Below, piece by piece: positions 19,286-28,288 of a DNA stretch of 28,288 bases. A model generated the notes under the pieces. It had not been told where the DNA came from. It ran no database searches and saw nothing but the letters and a program-made list of their open reading frames with translations. The position numbers and the translations under genes are program-made. Source of the stretch: an uncultured Nitrososphaeraceae archaeon (GTDB lineage Archaea; Thermoproteota; Nitrososphaeria; Nitrososphaerales; Nitrososphaeraceae); the NCBI GenBank assembly GCA_963837175.1, contig CAWIMJ010000006.1, positions 1 to 28,288 on the forward strand, in the 5' to 3' direction. Every line of letters starts with the position of its first letter. The first letter of the stretch is position 1.

Positions 19286-21216
19286 TTGAAATATTATGTT
19301 GGTTGTTCTGACTGGAAGAATCAAACATGGGCTAAAGATTTTTTTCCAACTACTCTAGAACCCGAAAATTACCTTGCTTACTACTCGAATATTTATGATT
19401 TTGCAGAAGTTGACTTAAGCAGTTATAGAAGTTGTACTAATACTAGTATCGATGGCAGACTCCCCACTAAATTCGCTTTTAGAAAATGGGCAAAAAATAG
19501 TAATGATAATTTTCGTTTTACTTTAAAATTACCAGCAGAAATTATAAATAACAATAACAACGAGAGTAGCATTGGAAATTTTTTAGAAGAACTTGCCCCG
19601 CTTGAAGAGAAGATTATTGCCATAGTAATAGAGCAGCCAGAATCATTGACTTTAAAAGATGGCAGAGAATGGCTTGATGAGATTTTGGATATTTGTAACT
19701 ATCATGGACTATTCTGTTGCTTTTGAATTTAATCACTTTTCCTGGTTTCAGGATTTAACCTATCATATTTTAAAAAAACATAATGCTCGCTCTAATATGG
19801 TCAGATAATCAATATCCTTATCATCATCCTGTCGTTACTGCTGATTTTCTATATCTTAGAATTACTGAAAATGAAAAGAAATGGATTGAAAAAATAAAGG
19901 AAAAAGAAAGAGAAGAAGCAGGTAATCTTGACTCTGTGATCTTTGTTGTTAATGCACCCACAAAAGTAAACTCTGTATTAAAGATACTAAATTTGCCTGT
20001 GAGAAAATGCGATTATAATCAATGGACAGGTAAGGGGATAATGTGTGTTGACTTGGATGCATTTTTTCCTTCTTGTGAAGAACTACGCGATCCAATGATA
20101 GTAGGAAAACCACACGCTGTAATTATGACGGAGCAGAAAGAGAATATAACTAAAGGTGTAGTTGCCTCCTGTTCATATGAAGCAAGAAATTTCGGTGTCA
20201 GGTCGGCTATGTCTCTTTTAAAGGCAAAAGAATTATGTCCTGATCTTGTCCTAAGACCAGTAGATATATCATATTATCGTCAGGTTTCAGAAAAAGTTAT
20301 GAACATATTAGAAGAATATGCAGATGTTTTAGAACAATCTAGTATAGATGAGGCATATTTAGATTGTACAAACAAGATGATGAGAATAATGATAACTGAA
20401 ACAACTGATACTGCTACTGCTACTATTACTACTGTTGAACAATATGCAGCGGTAATTAAAAAGGCAATTAAAGAACGATCTGGACTTTTAGCTTCTGTAG
20501 GAGTAGCATCTACAAAATCTGCTGCAAAAATTGCATCTGATTTTCAAAAACCTGATGGACTCACCGTTATCTATCCTGATCAACTACAAAAGTTCTTTGA
20601 GCATCTAGGAGTTGAAAGAATATCAGGAATAGGTCCTAAAACTCAACAAGTTCTGAAGGAGATGGGAATTGAAACTATAGGGCAGCTTGCAAAATATGAT
20701 GTTCAGAAATTAATAGAAAAATTTGGCAAAAAGAATGGAATTTGGATGTGGCATGTGGCTAATGGTCGTGACTATGAGCCTGTTATGCCAAGAGAGGATC
20801 ATGTATCCTTAAGTACTGAACAAACACTTGAGTCATTTACAGGAAATAGAGAAACGATACTCAAATCTCTGAATCAATTAGTTGATGAAATTTATGAAAG
20901 AATAAGACGGCAGAGATATGAGTTTAAAACAGTAGGTGTGAAGCTTGTTAGATCTGATTTTTCAATTGAAACTAGGGAAACATCATTTTCTAACTTTCAG
21001 AATAAACGAGAAAGTATTGCATCTGTTATTGAAGGTTTATTGGATAGATTTTCTTTTGTTGGTTCAACATCATCACCATCATCATCAACAACAACAATAA
21101 CAAAAACATTACCAACTGTTAGAAAAGTCGGAATAAAAGTATCAAATTTAATTCGAATAGAAAAGAAGAAGCCACCGACCCAAAAAACATTGTTAGATTA
21201 TTTTGATCCAATATAA
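19286..21216 (+). CDS. dinB: DUF72 domain - Y-family DNA polymerase IV (DinB) fusion, interrupted by two +1 indels
   Basis: DUF72 motifs YVGCSDW, LAYYS, AEVD, FRFTLKLP, (shifted frame) AFEFNHFSWF and VVTADFLYLR. DinB motifs VDLDAFF, SYEARNFGV, SIDEAYLD and AKIASDFQKPDG, with C-terminal PIP box QKTLLDYF. Extra bases near 19709 and 19788; the repaired protein is 642 aa. Confidence 0.88.
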
Positions 21217-21480
21217 GGAATTAAAAAAATATTTTTTACTTGAGTTAGGACGGCTGTTAAAGAATTAGGTTAACAATGACAGAGCACCTAATGTTTGTTG
21301 CTACTACTTCTGTTGATGCCTATGCCACAACACAACTGTAGTGAGTAAGTGTATATATAGAGTGCATACAAATAGGCAGAGAAACAAAAACTTTACTAAA
21401 GAGGATAAGAAACTAAAGGAATTTACTCTGTTAAATAATTAATTCAAGAATAATATTTTGTTAAGCAAGCATATACTTTT

Positions 21481-21678
21481 TCAAGAATAATCAGTAAATA
21501 TACTACTGATATAAGCAGCTAATTCGTCTCTTAACTGGATGACCTTTGCTCGTTTATCTCCATCAAGATTAGTATATAGCAAAGCATCTAATCCTTCTAC
21601 AAGATACTGGATATTTGGTAATGTTAGAAGAGTGTTATTATTAGTGGCTTCTTCTTTTTCTTCTCCTTTACTGCTCAT
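21481..21678 (-). CDS. Small hypothetical helical protein
   Basis: MSSKGEEKEE...IQYLVEGLDALLYTNLDGDKRAKVIQLRDELAAYI; ATG overlaps the end of the upstream gene by 11 bp. Confidence 0.45.
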   Translation of the reverse strand: MSSKGEEKEEATNNNTLLTLPNIQYLVEGLDALLYTNLDGDKRAKVIQLRDELAAYISSIFTDYS

Positions 21679-22267
21679 CGGCATTACCTTCTTCCTGAAG
21701 AGATCCAGGATTTTTAGCTTCGATATTTGCATCTTTTACTAAGATTTCTACTGTGTCTATCGCTGATCCTGTTTGATTATTATTATTAATAACAGCTTGA
21801 TTGTCAGATACTTCCAATGCGAATGTATATTTTGTATCATTAGGATAATTTGGAGCAACAAAGGTAGGATGGGCTGTATTATTATCATTTAATATGACAG
21901 CAGGACCATCCGTTTGTCTCCATAAATAACTGGCAGTACTTGCAACATTATTGCTTTTGTTGTTGTTACTACTGCCGTTCAATGTAATTATTGTTCCTTC
22001 TAACACTGTTTTGTCTGGACCAGCATTAGCAATATATCCATTGGAAGGGCAGCATGATGGCGATGGTGATGGTGGTAATGGTGTTGCATTGTCCATATCA
22101 GTCGGATTAGCTGTTGCATTAGTCCTTGATTGATTGGCCATATTTTGTGCTCGTACTTCCTGTATCAATTGACTACTAGCTGATAATAACGATGACGCTA
22201 TAAGTATGCCTGAAATAAGAGTGCCAAAAAGAATTGCCCCTTGTTTTTTCTTTTTCTTCTTATTCAT
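21668..22267 (-). CDS. Secreted protein with one PKD/K319-like Ig domain
   Basis: Basic plus hydrophobic signal peptide, then IANAGPDKTV, ITLNGS, SYLWRQTDGP, PTFVAP and YTFALEVSD. Confidence 0.85.
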   Translation of the reverse strand: MNKKKKKKQGAILFGTLISGILIASSLLSASSQLIQEVRAQNMANQSRTNATANPTDMDNATPLPPSPSPSCCPSNGYIANAGPDKTVLEGTIITLNGSSNNNKSNNVASTASYLWRQTDGPAVILNDNNTAHPTFVAPNYPNDTKYTFALEVSDNQAVINNNNQTGSAIDTVEILVKDANIEAKNPGSLQEEGNADEQ

Positions 22268-22472
22268 AAGATATCATTTGGTTATTTACAGAAGAATAAG
22301 TTTTGTAGTTTCATTATAAATATATCAGTTTTACCTATAGAATATAAAATTGATTGGTTTACAAATTCAGTTGGGGCAAAATGTTTGTATGCTCTATGCA
22401 CAATTAATTTGTAAGAAGTCATTTTCTATGCTAGTAATTAATACATATATAGTTTCTCATAAAGATTTATGA

Positions 22473-22751
22473 TCATTTAACATATTTGTCCAAAAATGCT
22501 ATCGTCTTTTGCCAAGCATCAGCTGTCTCTTTTGGAGCATAATTATTGTTAGAAGGATTTGCAAATGCACGTCCTACTCAAGGGATAGATGTAAATTTCA
22601 TTTATTACACAACTTCTTTTAGAGCCTGTTCAAATTGTTTTACTGTGTCAACAGGTATTGATTGGTCTTGAGCACCAAATATTCATAACACCGGCCAACT
22701 GATTTTAGAGAGTTTTTCTTTATCGTTTACTAAATTATCATAATAAATTAT
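22473..22751 (-). pseudogene. C-terminal relic of a dienelactone hydrolase-family gene
   Basis: Manual translation gives IIYYDNLVNDKEKLSKISWPVL*IFGAQDQSIPVDTVKQFEQAL / NEIYIYP / VGRAFANPSNNNYAPKETADAWQKTIAFLDKYVK*. There is an in-frame stop and frameshifts, the catalytic His position reads Arg, and the N-terminal half is missing. Confidence 0.8.
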
Positions 22752-22976
22752 ACAAATCGAGCCAATTGTATTCTCATCCCACCGGCTTAGAATATACCGA
22801 ATGCATTGAGTGTTTATAGTCATATGAGATTTCAGAAAACTCGATACCTACGTTATATCGATGTTATCTTTAAGCTTTGGAATAATCTCAAAATTAATAT
22901 TATCCACATCCATTAATCCTTTGTATTCTAGTTCTAATGCTATCTAAATGTATACTCGTAGATACAATTGAAATTT

Positions 22977-23960
22977 CTATTCTACTAATTTATAATCTAC
23001 AAGTTTGTTATCCTGCATAATAGGTATTATAATCATATTTTCATCAGGTATGAACTCTAGGTCAGCAGTTCCTTGTCTTTGCAAATCTATCAAACTTCCA
23101 TACCCTGTTCCATCAGCATTAACAGTATATACCGTTCCCACAGGATTATCAGTAACATAGTAATGTGTTCCAGTAGCATCGGATTCTATTCCATCAAGAC
23201 CACCTACAGGAGTAGTTGTTCCCTCTTTTCCTAAACTGCTTATTGTCTTATTTTCTAAATCAACAACCTTCATGCCGCCTCCAGGTTTACTGAGATCTGA
23301 TCCAACAGAAACAACAATTAGTTTATTTTTATTATTGTCAACGTACAAACCATTAGGCCCATTTAACTCTGGGCTTTGTAACCACACTTGTAAAGATGTA
23401 TTGTTCTTAAGGTTCGTATCCAACTTGTAGATAGTATTGGTGCCTGTATCAGATACATAGATATTTCCATGATTATCAGATGCAACATCATTAAGAAAAG
23501 CACTTCCTGGTGCGTTATAGTGCTTGATTATCCTTCCATTTGCAATATCTATCTCGACAAGATCTGTGATATCTGAAACATATAATTTACTATCATTATA
23601 AATAACCATACCTTTTGGCGCATTTAGTCCAGTTATCCAGTTTAATTCAGTTATAGTCCCATTAGAAAGAGAGACCTTAGAGATGAATCCTTTCTGATCT
23701 TTTTCATCTGGTTTTCCATCTATATTAGAAACAAATAAGGTATCCTGTTTTGGGCCATAAACTACTGATTCTGGATTCTTCAGTGTATCTAGTGTTTCCC
23801 ATACTTTGCTAATCTTTATCTGCTCTTGTTGTGCTTGTACTACTTGGTTATTATTCAACATAGTGTTAAGCACAGTAGATAATGCCGTTCCTGATGTTGC
23901 TAATATAAGTAAAGCATAGACTAATGATTTCTCTGAAAGTCTTCTATTATTTGCAATCAA
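22977..23960 (-). CDS. Secreted SMP-30/gluconolactonase/LRE-like beta-propeller protein
   Basis: Signal peptide, then NPESVVY, LFVSNIDG, LNAPKGM, LYVSDI, FLNDVA, IYVSDTG, NGPNGL and LDGI blade motifs; TTG start. Confidence 0.85.
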   Translation of the reverse strand: MIANNRRLSEKSLVYALLILATSGTALSTVLNTMLNNNQVVQAQQEQIKISKVWETLDTLKNPESVVYGPKQDTLFVSNIDGKPDEKDQKGFISKVSLSNGTITELNWITGLNAPKGMVIYNDSKLYVSDITDLVEIDIANGRIIKHYNAPGSAFLNDVASDNHGNIYVSDTGTNTIYKLDTNLKNNTSLQVWLQSPELNGPNGLYVDNNKNKLIVVSVGSDLSKPGGGMKVVDLENKTISSLGKEGTTTPVGGLDGIESDATGTHYYVTDNPVGTVYTVNADGTGYGSLIDLQRQGTADLEFIPDENMIIIPIMQDNKLVDYKLVE

Positions 23961-23967
23961 TATCTAA

Positions 23968-23981
23968 ATGTTGTGCAACAT
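23968..23981. promoter_or_regulatory. Palindromic operator-like site ATGTTGTGCAACAT
   Basis: Identical to 11082-11095; lies between an AT-only TATA-like tract (23981-23995) and the start at 23960. Confidence 0.45.
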
Positions 23982-24028
23982 AATTAATTAATTAAGCAGA
24001 TCCTGTTAAATTGAATTGGAATTCTTTT

Positions 24029-25349
24029 TTAGTAATATATCAAAACCATCCTGCACTTGGAACAGAACTTACTATCATGAATATTAGATTCAGAACAGTT
24101 AGGACACATCCTGGGTTTCATAACATCCAGCAGTAGTCTATTGCCTTTGTTAGTTTCAGTAACAATTCCGTATTCTGCTAAAAGACTTTCATTAGATTCA
24201 TTTCCAAAGTAATGTATATATTTTGATGCACGTTACTTTTAACCGTCCACCTGGCATGCTGTCTCAGCGTATGATCTTTAAGAACGCTGATTTTATTGTT
24301 AGCGCTAAATGTCTATATAGGGGTTCCAGGGCTTTTTAATTAGCTCCCTAATTTTTCTGCTTGTCTTCAGGTAAAACTTTAGGATCCTCTAATAATGCAG
24401 GAAAGAATTTATGTTTATAGCTTCTGTATAAAATATTCAAAGATAACGCTTTCATTCAATTACCAAACCTTCTATGTTTTCAGTCCATGCTAGGAATCAC
24501 AAATACATTAGGGTTTCTTCCCTGAGGGTGATCGTCAATCCAGTCCTTTACATAGGGAACCGCTGCAAACAGGGAATAGAACGATTACCAGTCTTACCGT
24601 TAACAACTATCTCTGCATATTGGCTAGCGTTGCCACTTGTCTTGAAGATTACGTCACGTATCCTTAATCCTAGTATTTCACTTGGTCTACATGAGGAGTC
24701 TCTAGCAATTGCATGATATGCCTTGTCCCGTTTAGAAGGACAGTATTTTAGGAATAGTGTATCGTCTGTCTCGGCAATCCATAAATCAGAAGGTTTGATT
24801 GTTGATTGTTCTTTTCTTTTTAATGCAGGGATATTGGACATTACATTTTCGGGAGGATTAGGTCTTTGCTTTGGTTCAAAGATCAGGGGAATATAGCCAC
24901 TTAAAGAACCTTAGCAGATATATCCTTCTAAGAGTATAGGTTCCTTTCCATTTATGATAAGGGTCTACTTCTTCGGGTCTGCAAAGGGTGTTCAGATATG
25001 ATAGAATATCATCCCGTGTCATCTCAGAATAGCTTTTTTTGATTGTTATAGAATTCAGCCAGGAAACATAATACAGTTATCTTAATACAGTTATCTGGTT
25101 GGCTTTATGCATTAAAGAGGGGTTTATTTCTGCATTCATTGCAATGATGTAGTCGCAAATTGTTTCAGTATTCTTTGTCGTATCTCGATGTTTTAGTTTT
25201 CTAATAAACTGTGGTTGCAATCCATCTGTTGCAATTGCTATCTTTCTTTCTAGTTTATTATTATTATCACGATCGTCATCACGTACCGCTGTTACTTTTA
25301 CTTTTGTGTTTGTCATTGTTGTCGTGGTGAGGTGAGTAGTAGTAGTCAT
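24029..25349 (-). pseudogene. Decayed tyrosine recombinase/integrase with a C-terminal zinc ribbon
   Basis: Fragments across frames: ICDYIIAMNAEINPS, DPYHKWKGTY, RFFKWLY, DSSCRPSEILGLRIRD (catalytic R), NGKTG (K), KPWNPY/RH, LRQHARW, KYIHYFGNES (Y) and CPNC...FCSKC. Many frameshifts and stops. Confidence 0.88.
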
Positions 25350-25481
25350 CTTTTAGTTGCTAAATATTCAGAGGTTAGAACTAATTGTATAAACATCTCA
25401 TTAACACGGTTTATATCTATATATATATTATTGAATTAATTAAGAGTATATAATATATCTAAAATAATAACATAAACAACT

Positions 25482-25763
25482 TTAAAGAGTAACTTTCAGT
25501 AAAGCACCTATTCCTGCAAGTTCTGCTATGTGTACTGCTAAAAAGTATGGTAGTAATCCTTCTGCATATAATGGAGCCATCGCAAAATAAGCGTATACTG
25601 CAATTAAATTGTGTAACATTAGCATGCTTGCAAAGAACATGAGACCAATAGTGAATATTGCTTTAGTACTCTTATAGATTTTTGCATATACCGTTAATAA
25701 CGCTAACAATATAGATACATTTGCCAGACTTATTACTGCACTAATATCCATCAAGATAGCCAT
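25482..25763 (-). CDS. Small three-TM membrane protein, last gene of the ccdA-thioredoxin operon
   Basis: 93 aa with three hydrophobic helices; 11-bp gap after the thioredoxin gene. Confidence 0.78.
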   Translation of the reverse strand: MAILMDISAVISLANVSILLALLTVYAKIYKSTKAIFTIGLMFFASMLMLHNLIAVYAYFAMAPLYAEGLLPYFLAVHIAELAGIGALLKVTL

Positions 25764-25774
25764 GGCAGATTCAA

Positions 25775-26991
25775 TTAACCAAAAGTAAATGTGTACATCT
25801 GGAACCCTTTTCCCTTTACGTCTATTATAAGTGAGTGCCAGCCATACCCTTCATGCATAGATATGTTGTATAGTCTTTGTCCATCTACTACTAATTTACC
25901 TTGATCCGAAAGATCAATTCCTCTTCCTGATTTATTTGTTAGCGCCGATCCATCTTCAGAGATTGATAGTTCTGCTGCTGCTACTCCTCCTTTCTCTCCT
26001 GCTACTATGTTTGCAGACTTTGCAGAGTAGACTAACGCAATACGACCAGTATCACTTTGCAATTCCATATTATCAGCGTTATTTTTCCAATCACCAATAA
26101 GATAAAGGGCGTTGGGTTTAATATTAGATCGCTGGGGAACAGAGTATGTTACAATTTGATTTGGTTTGAATCCTTCAGGATTTCCAAGTGGTGCTCTAGC
26201 TAACTGATATCCAAAGTAGAGTTCAGGCGTATTTACTTTTGCGAAATCTACAGTCTGGACATTTTTAGGTGTAGTTGTGTTTTTATTCATGTTTAGATTT
26301 ATCTTAGATATACCTGTTTGAGCAGCACGTTCAGTAAGTAATGACTGGATTACCTTTTCAACTTCAGCATAACCACCTTCACCTATGTGATCATATCTTA
26401 TGTATCCTTCATTATCAATTAGATACTTTCTTGGCCAGTAATTATTTTGATAGGCATCCCAGGTTCCTTTGTCATTATCCTGTAGAACTGGATACTTTAT
26501 TCCATATTTTTGGACAGCTGCCTTTACATTGTCAATATTTTTCTCAAATTCAAATTCAGGAGAATGAATGCCAACTATTACCAATCCCTTGTCAGCATAT
26601 TTCTCATTCCAATCTACTAGATATGGAATAGTCCTTATGCAGTTAATACAACTGTATGTCCAAAAGTCAACTAGCACAACCTTTCCCTTTAGATTTTTAA
26701 GGTTTATTGGTTCTGTATTTATATAACCTGTAATTTTGGCAAACTCAGGTGCCTTTTTGAATTGGGACTTGTCCATTTGGAATTGAGCCTTCTCAATCTG
26801 ACTACTGCTCTGCTTGCATTACCATTTTTATTTATTGTTGCTGGAATGAATTCTGTTGTACTACTACCTGAACTTGATAAGGAAGATACAGCTTTATTGA
26901 GATCAGGACTATTAAAGTATACTGCAAAACCTACAATAAGAGAGACAACTGCAATTGCCATGAGAAGTGCACTGATATTATCTTTATTCAT
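25775..26991 (-). CDS. Membrane-anchored DipZ-type thioredoxin (TlpA/ResA-like) with a DipZ C-terminal domain, frameshifted near 26809
   Basis: GKVVLVDFWTYSCINC, GIHSPEF, NNYWP, HIGEGGY, TPELYFGY and YTFTFG. The TM anchor of ORF 26719..26991 joins in frame (NASSSSSQIEKAQFQMDKSQFKK) if one base is restored. Confidence 0.9.
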
Positions 26992-26997
26992 TATAAT

Positions 26998-27840
26998 TCA
27001 AAATCCTCTCTCTAAACTAATAACTTGGTTAGCTAGAGGAAAATTGCCTAGTAAAGCTAGTTGATTAGTAAATACTAGTATACCCAATACTATCAGCACA
27101 GCACCCATTATAGGATTGAAATATTTTAGATATTTTACCATTCTCCGGATTAAACCTGTAGCTTGTGAAAAGAAAGCACCAGTAATTAGGAATGGTACGC
27201 CCAAGCCTAAAGAGTAAGCTAATAGCGAATTGTATGCAGCCCCAGGTGCAGTAGCTGCTAATGTAAATGTGCTACCTAGAATTGGACCTACACAAGGAGT
27301 CCAACCAGCTGCAAATGCAGCTCCGAAAACAAATGATGTGATATAACTTGTTTTAAATCTTGGTAACCTGGTCATTTTTTTCTCAAAGTTTAGTCTCCTT
27401 AATTTTGTAGATAAAATCAGATATGCGCCAAATAATACAATTACCACTCCTCCAATTGATTGGAGCGCACTTTGGAATGCAATTCCAACATTGGCAAGAA
27501 CACTATTTAAAATAACTCCTAATACTGCAAATACAAGTGAAAAACCAAGAACAAAGTAAACAGTATTTAAGAAAATATTAAGTCTAGTTGACTTCTTGAC
27601 AGTTAGCGACTGTTTTGCTGATGTTGTTGCTGCTGTTGCTGCCGATCCTCCGCCGGTGGTGGTATTGGTAGTAGTAGTAGCAATTGTATCATTACTATTA
27701 TAACTGCTGCTGTTATGAAGTTCATGGAGAGTTGTTCCTGACAAATACGATATAAATGCAGGAAGTATTGGAAGAATACAAGGCGAAAAGAAAGAACCCG
27801 CTCCGGCTAATGCAGAGACAACAACGTTTATTTCTACCAT
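26998..27840 (-). CDS. ccdA: CcdA/DsbD-beta family transmembrane thiol-disulfide reductase
   Basis: SFFSPCILPILPAFISYL and GWTPCVGPILG redox-Cys motifs, six or more TM helices, AYSLGLGVPF. Confidence 0.92.
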   Translation of the reverse strand: MVEINVVVSALAGAGSFFSPCILPILPAFISYLSGTTLHELHNSSSYNSNDTIATTTTNTTTGGGSAATAATTSAKQSLTVKKSTRLNIFLNTVYFVLGFSLVFAVLGVILNSVLANVGIAFQSALQSIGGVVIVLFGAYLILSTKLRRLNFEKKMTRLPRFKTSYITSFVFGAAFAAGWTPCVGPILGSTFTLAATAPGAAYNSLLAYSLGLGVPFLITGAFFSQATGLIRRMVKYLKYFNPIMGAVLIVLGILVFTNQLALLGNFPLANQVISLERGF

Positions 27841-28288
27841 ATAGAAATTTTTGCCAAATAGGCATTAATACTTTGTTCCATATTAAACCCAAATCGTGTC
27901 CAAATTACTTTTTGTATTTTTATATATAGAAACAAGACTGCTTTGTTATCGTTGTTATATGTACTCGGGATCCAGAGTTCACTGCTAGAAAGATGATGGA
28001 GTTTATTTTCATGACATCTGCAATCATTATATTGCAACGAAGGGTTCATCAGTTGTCGTGTGGCAATGATGATGCTTTCTTCATAACTATATTTGATAGG
28101 AGATAAAAAGATTGTATTCCTACTATAGAGTTTTCGAGATAAACTATCCTATCAGGTATAGAATCTATTATAATTCTAACGAGTGCTCAATTGCAAGGCA
28201 ACGTTAATGATTGAAGAACTATCTTTTATAATGAAACTAAATAGTTATGTTTTGATTTTACTAATCATCTTTTTTGGGAAAATTATAG

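Noticed and set aside
21248-21291. GGTTAACAATGACAGAGC resembling an IS6 right end, inside a TTAGGT...ACCTAA inverted repeat
   Set aside because: Only about 7 contiguous bases match the 13767 end, with no transposase sequence or target duplication nearby.
25350-25480. tRNA or att site next to the integrase
   Set aside because: No cloverleaf, T-loop motif or direct repeat was found by eye.
13585-26815. Programmed ribosomal frameshifting in corA, valS, DUF72-dinB and the thioredoxin
   Set aside because: No shared slippery sequence or stimulatory structure was seen at the junctions, and the directions are mixed. Single-base errors explain all of them more simply.
8160-27064. Other overlapping track ORFs (e.g. 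8160, 10780, 11175, 13158, 15190, 15947, 16372, 17913, 19423, 21539, 21951, 24474, 26341, 26762)
   Set aside because: They are antisense or alternate-frame shadows of better-supported genes.

Overview
AT-rich archaeal chromosomal window, most consistent with a soil ammonia-oxidising archaeon (Nitrososphaerales). This is inferred from archaea-specific gatD-gatE, the HIGAAAHY-type ValRS, a thaumarchaeal-style P-II and a lineage-typical integrase. The left part is mostly housekeeping: DUF2024, gatD, gatE, an HD hydrolase, P-II, nurA-herA, two winged-helix proteins, corA and valS. It is interrupted by a decayed IS5-family element with intact ends and a truncated IS6 relic. The right part looks accessory: an RTX-repeat protein, a DUF72-DinB polymerase fusion, a PKD-like secreted protein, a dienelactone-hydrolase relic, an SMP-30-like propeller and a dead tyrosine integrase, followed by a split DipZ-like operon. 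Several otherwise clean genes (valS, corA, DUF72-dinB, the thioredoxin, probably a basic protein) carry single-base indels that are probably assembly errors. Best leads: (1) a degenerate DUF72 domain fused in frame to a PIP-box Y-family polymerase; (2) three copies of the palindrome ATGTTG-N2-CAACAT between nurA-herA and a divergent winged-helix gene, with a fourth copy before the SMP-30 gene; (3) an unannotated 44-aa zinc-finger microprotein. No rRNA, tRNA or CRISPR array was seen. Family assignments come from motif recognition, not database searches.
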